From Raillietiella orientalis (lineage: Eukaryota), in contig JAYWIR010000097.1 of assembly GCA_036172245.1 (NCBI GenBank), forward strand, positions 124,001 to 188,000: 64,000 bases of DNA. The letters are read 5' to 3'. Every line of letters starts with the position of its first letter. Positions within the stretch are counted from its first letter, which is position 1. Below the pieces are notes generated by a model. The model was not told where the DNA came from. It searched no databases and saw only the letters and a program-made list of their open reading frames with translations. A program made the position numbers and the translations under genes. This document shows, piece after piece, positions 63,001-64,000 of this stretch.

Positions 63001-64000
63001 TATTAGCAAACGAGGAAGCAACCCTGCTCCGTTGGGAGGAGACTTTGGTCGGTTTCCATTGATGGTTCGGGTCGGACCCACTTTATGTGGCTGACACGCG
63101 CACTTGAAAAGCTCGAACGTGTTCTCTCACAGAATTTGGTTCCTCACCATTCTCACTCGTTTCAAGACATAAGGATTGCTTACTGCAGAACATCTTGTGC
63201 ATCTTCCAGAGGAGGGTACTGAGGAAGAGAATGTGCGATTCCGTTTCCTCAGAAGAAAAGCTCTTTTTGCAAGCGCGTAGAGGAGAAGGAGATTCGGACG
63301 TGTAGACCTACGTCAGCGCGTGGAGACGGCCGTTTCCATTTGGCATCCGTTTTTCGTGCAAAGTTGGCAAAAGGAGCGAACGAAGGGGAAATCTTGGTGA
63401 GTGCTTAAAATGATTGCCAGCCGAGTGCCGCGAGGGTCGTCCTTTCGGTGAAAATAATGGCCATCGAATGATCGCTAGCAAGTCCATATTTCCCATCCGC
63501 GAGGAAGATTAAGCGAGGACTTTACTCGATCGGAGCTGATTTGCAGCAGGAGGACCTGAAGAGAAACTCTTTTATTGCATCCGTGGTACGGAAGGAGGGA
63601 GTTTAGCAAGAAAGAGAAATCGAAGGGTTTCGGGAGAGAAGAAGGCTGCATCGGGAACTCGAGGTCCGAAAGGAAAGGACGGAACGAAACGAAATCCAGA
63701 GTGAGACAACGAGAAAGCGTTACCGGTTTTGGAAAGATTTTTCTCACGTGCCGAACAGACCTTGAACGGGAGGTGGTCAGCTGAGGAAGCCTGAGGCAAA
63801 GACAAAGCGTGAGTCTCGAAGAAAGGCGGAATTCAGCACTGTGAGCCACCGATGAGAGCTCAAGAGCAGCTCTCCTGTTTGCCTTTTCGCGTTTTCCCAT
63901 CTGTCGTGTCGCCCGGGAAACGGAATGCATCACGCTGCTGAAACTGCGTAGCCGCTTTCCACGAGTCGGAAGGTGTTTGCTGAACGTGTTCCCGTGAGGT
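60045..64000 (-). mobile_element. Decayed Tx1/L1-like non-LTR retrotransposon (ORF2 RT, zinc finger, 3' UTR); 5' end may lie outside the window
   Basis: LLPKGGGLRRLKNSRPITLVNTD, DPLKAFHCVNWKLL, RGSRRGDSLSPRLFSIYLE, ARAYD, GMSVNRTKC, FKFLGVP, CSRCGAMEWLPHMLLDC across shifting frames; T-rich 3' UTR with hairpin GAGGAGAG-GACCA-CTCTCCCC near 60075-60095. Confidence 0.82.

Overview
Eukaryotic (invertebrate animal, AT-rich) genomic DNA, not prokaryotic. The left two-thirds hold three multi-exon genes, all on the minus strand, which I reconstructed by hand from GT-AG junctions and reading-frame continuity: (1) a probable, strongly diverged HAUS6/Dgt6-like augmin subunit (2426->622, 5 exons, ~542 aa); (2) an FRMD4A/B-like FERM + CUPID protein (13408->6340, 14 exons, ~844 aa); (3) a heme catalase-fold gene (37782->21882, 9 exons, ~474 aa). 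The catalase has an intact reading frame and keeps the distal His and proximal Tyr, but has Ser in place of the distal Asn, altered channel residues and no PTS1. Many introns are only 39-56 nt. The catalase introns and everything beyond ~40 kb are full of decayed transposons: piggyBac (3 copies), Tigger/pogo fragments, several APE-type LINEs, an RLE-type (NeSL/Utopia-like) non-LTR element, a Tx1/L1-like element, and two copies of a long tRNA-headed SINE with an internal array of GC hairpins. The most interesting signals are the re-tooled catalase, a near-identical inverted piggyBac-end pair bracketing the catalase 5' half, the hairpin-array SINE, opposite mutational signatures in neighbouring TE blocks, perfect palindromes, and two unexplained structured GC islands. 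All homology calls come from motifs I recognised by eye; no searches were run.
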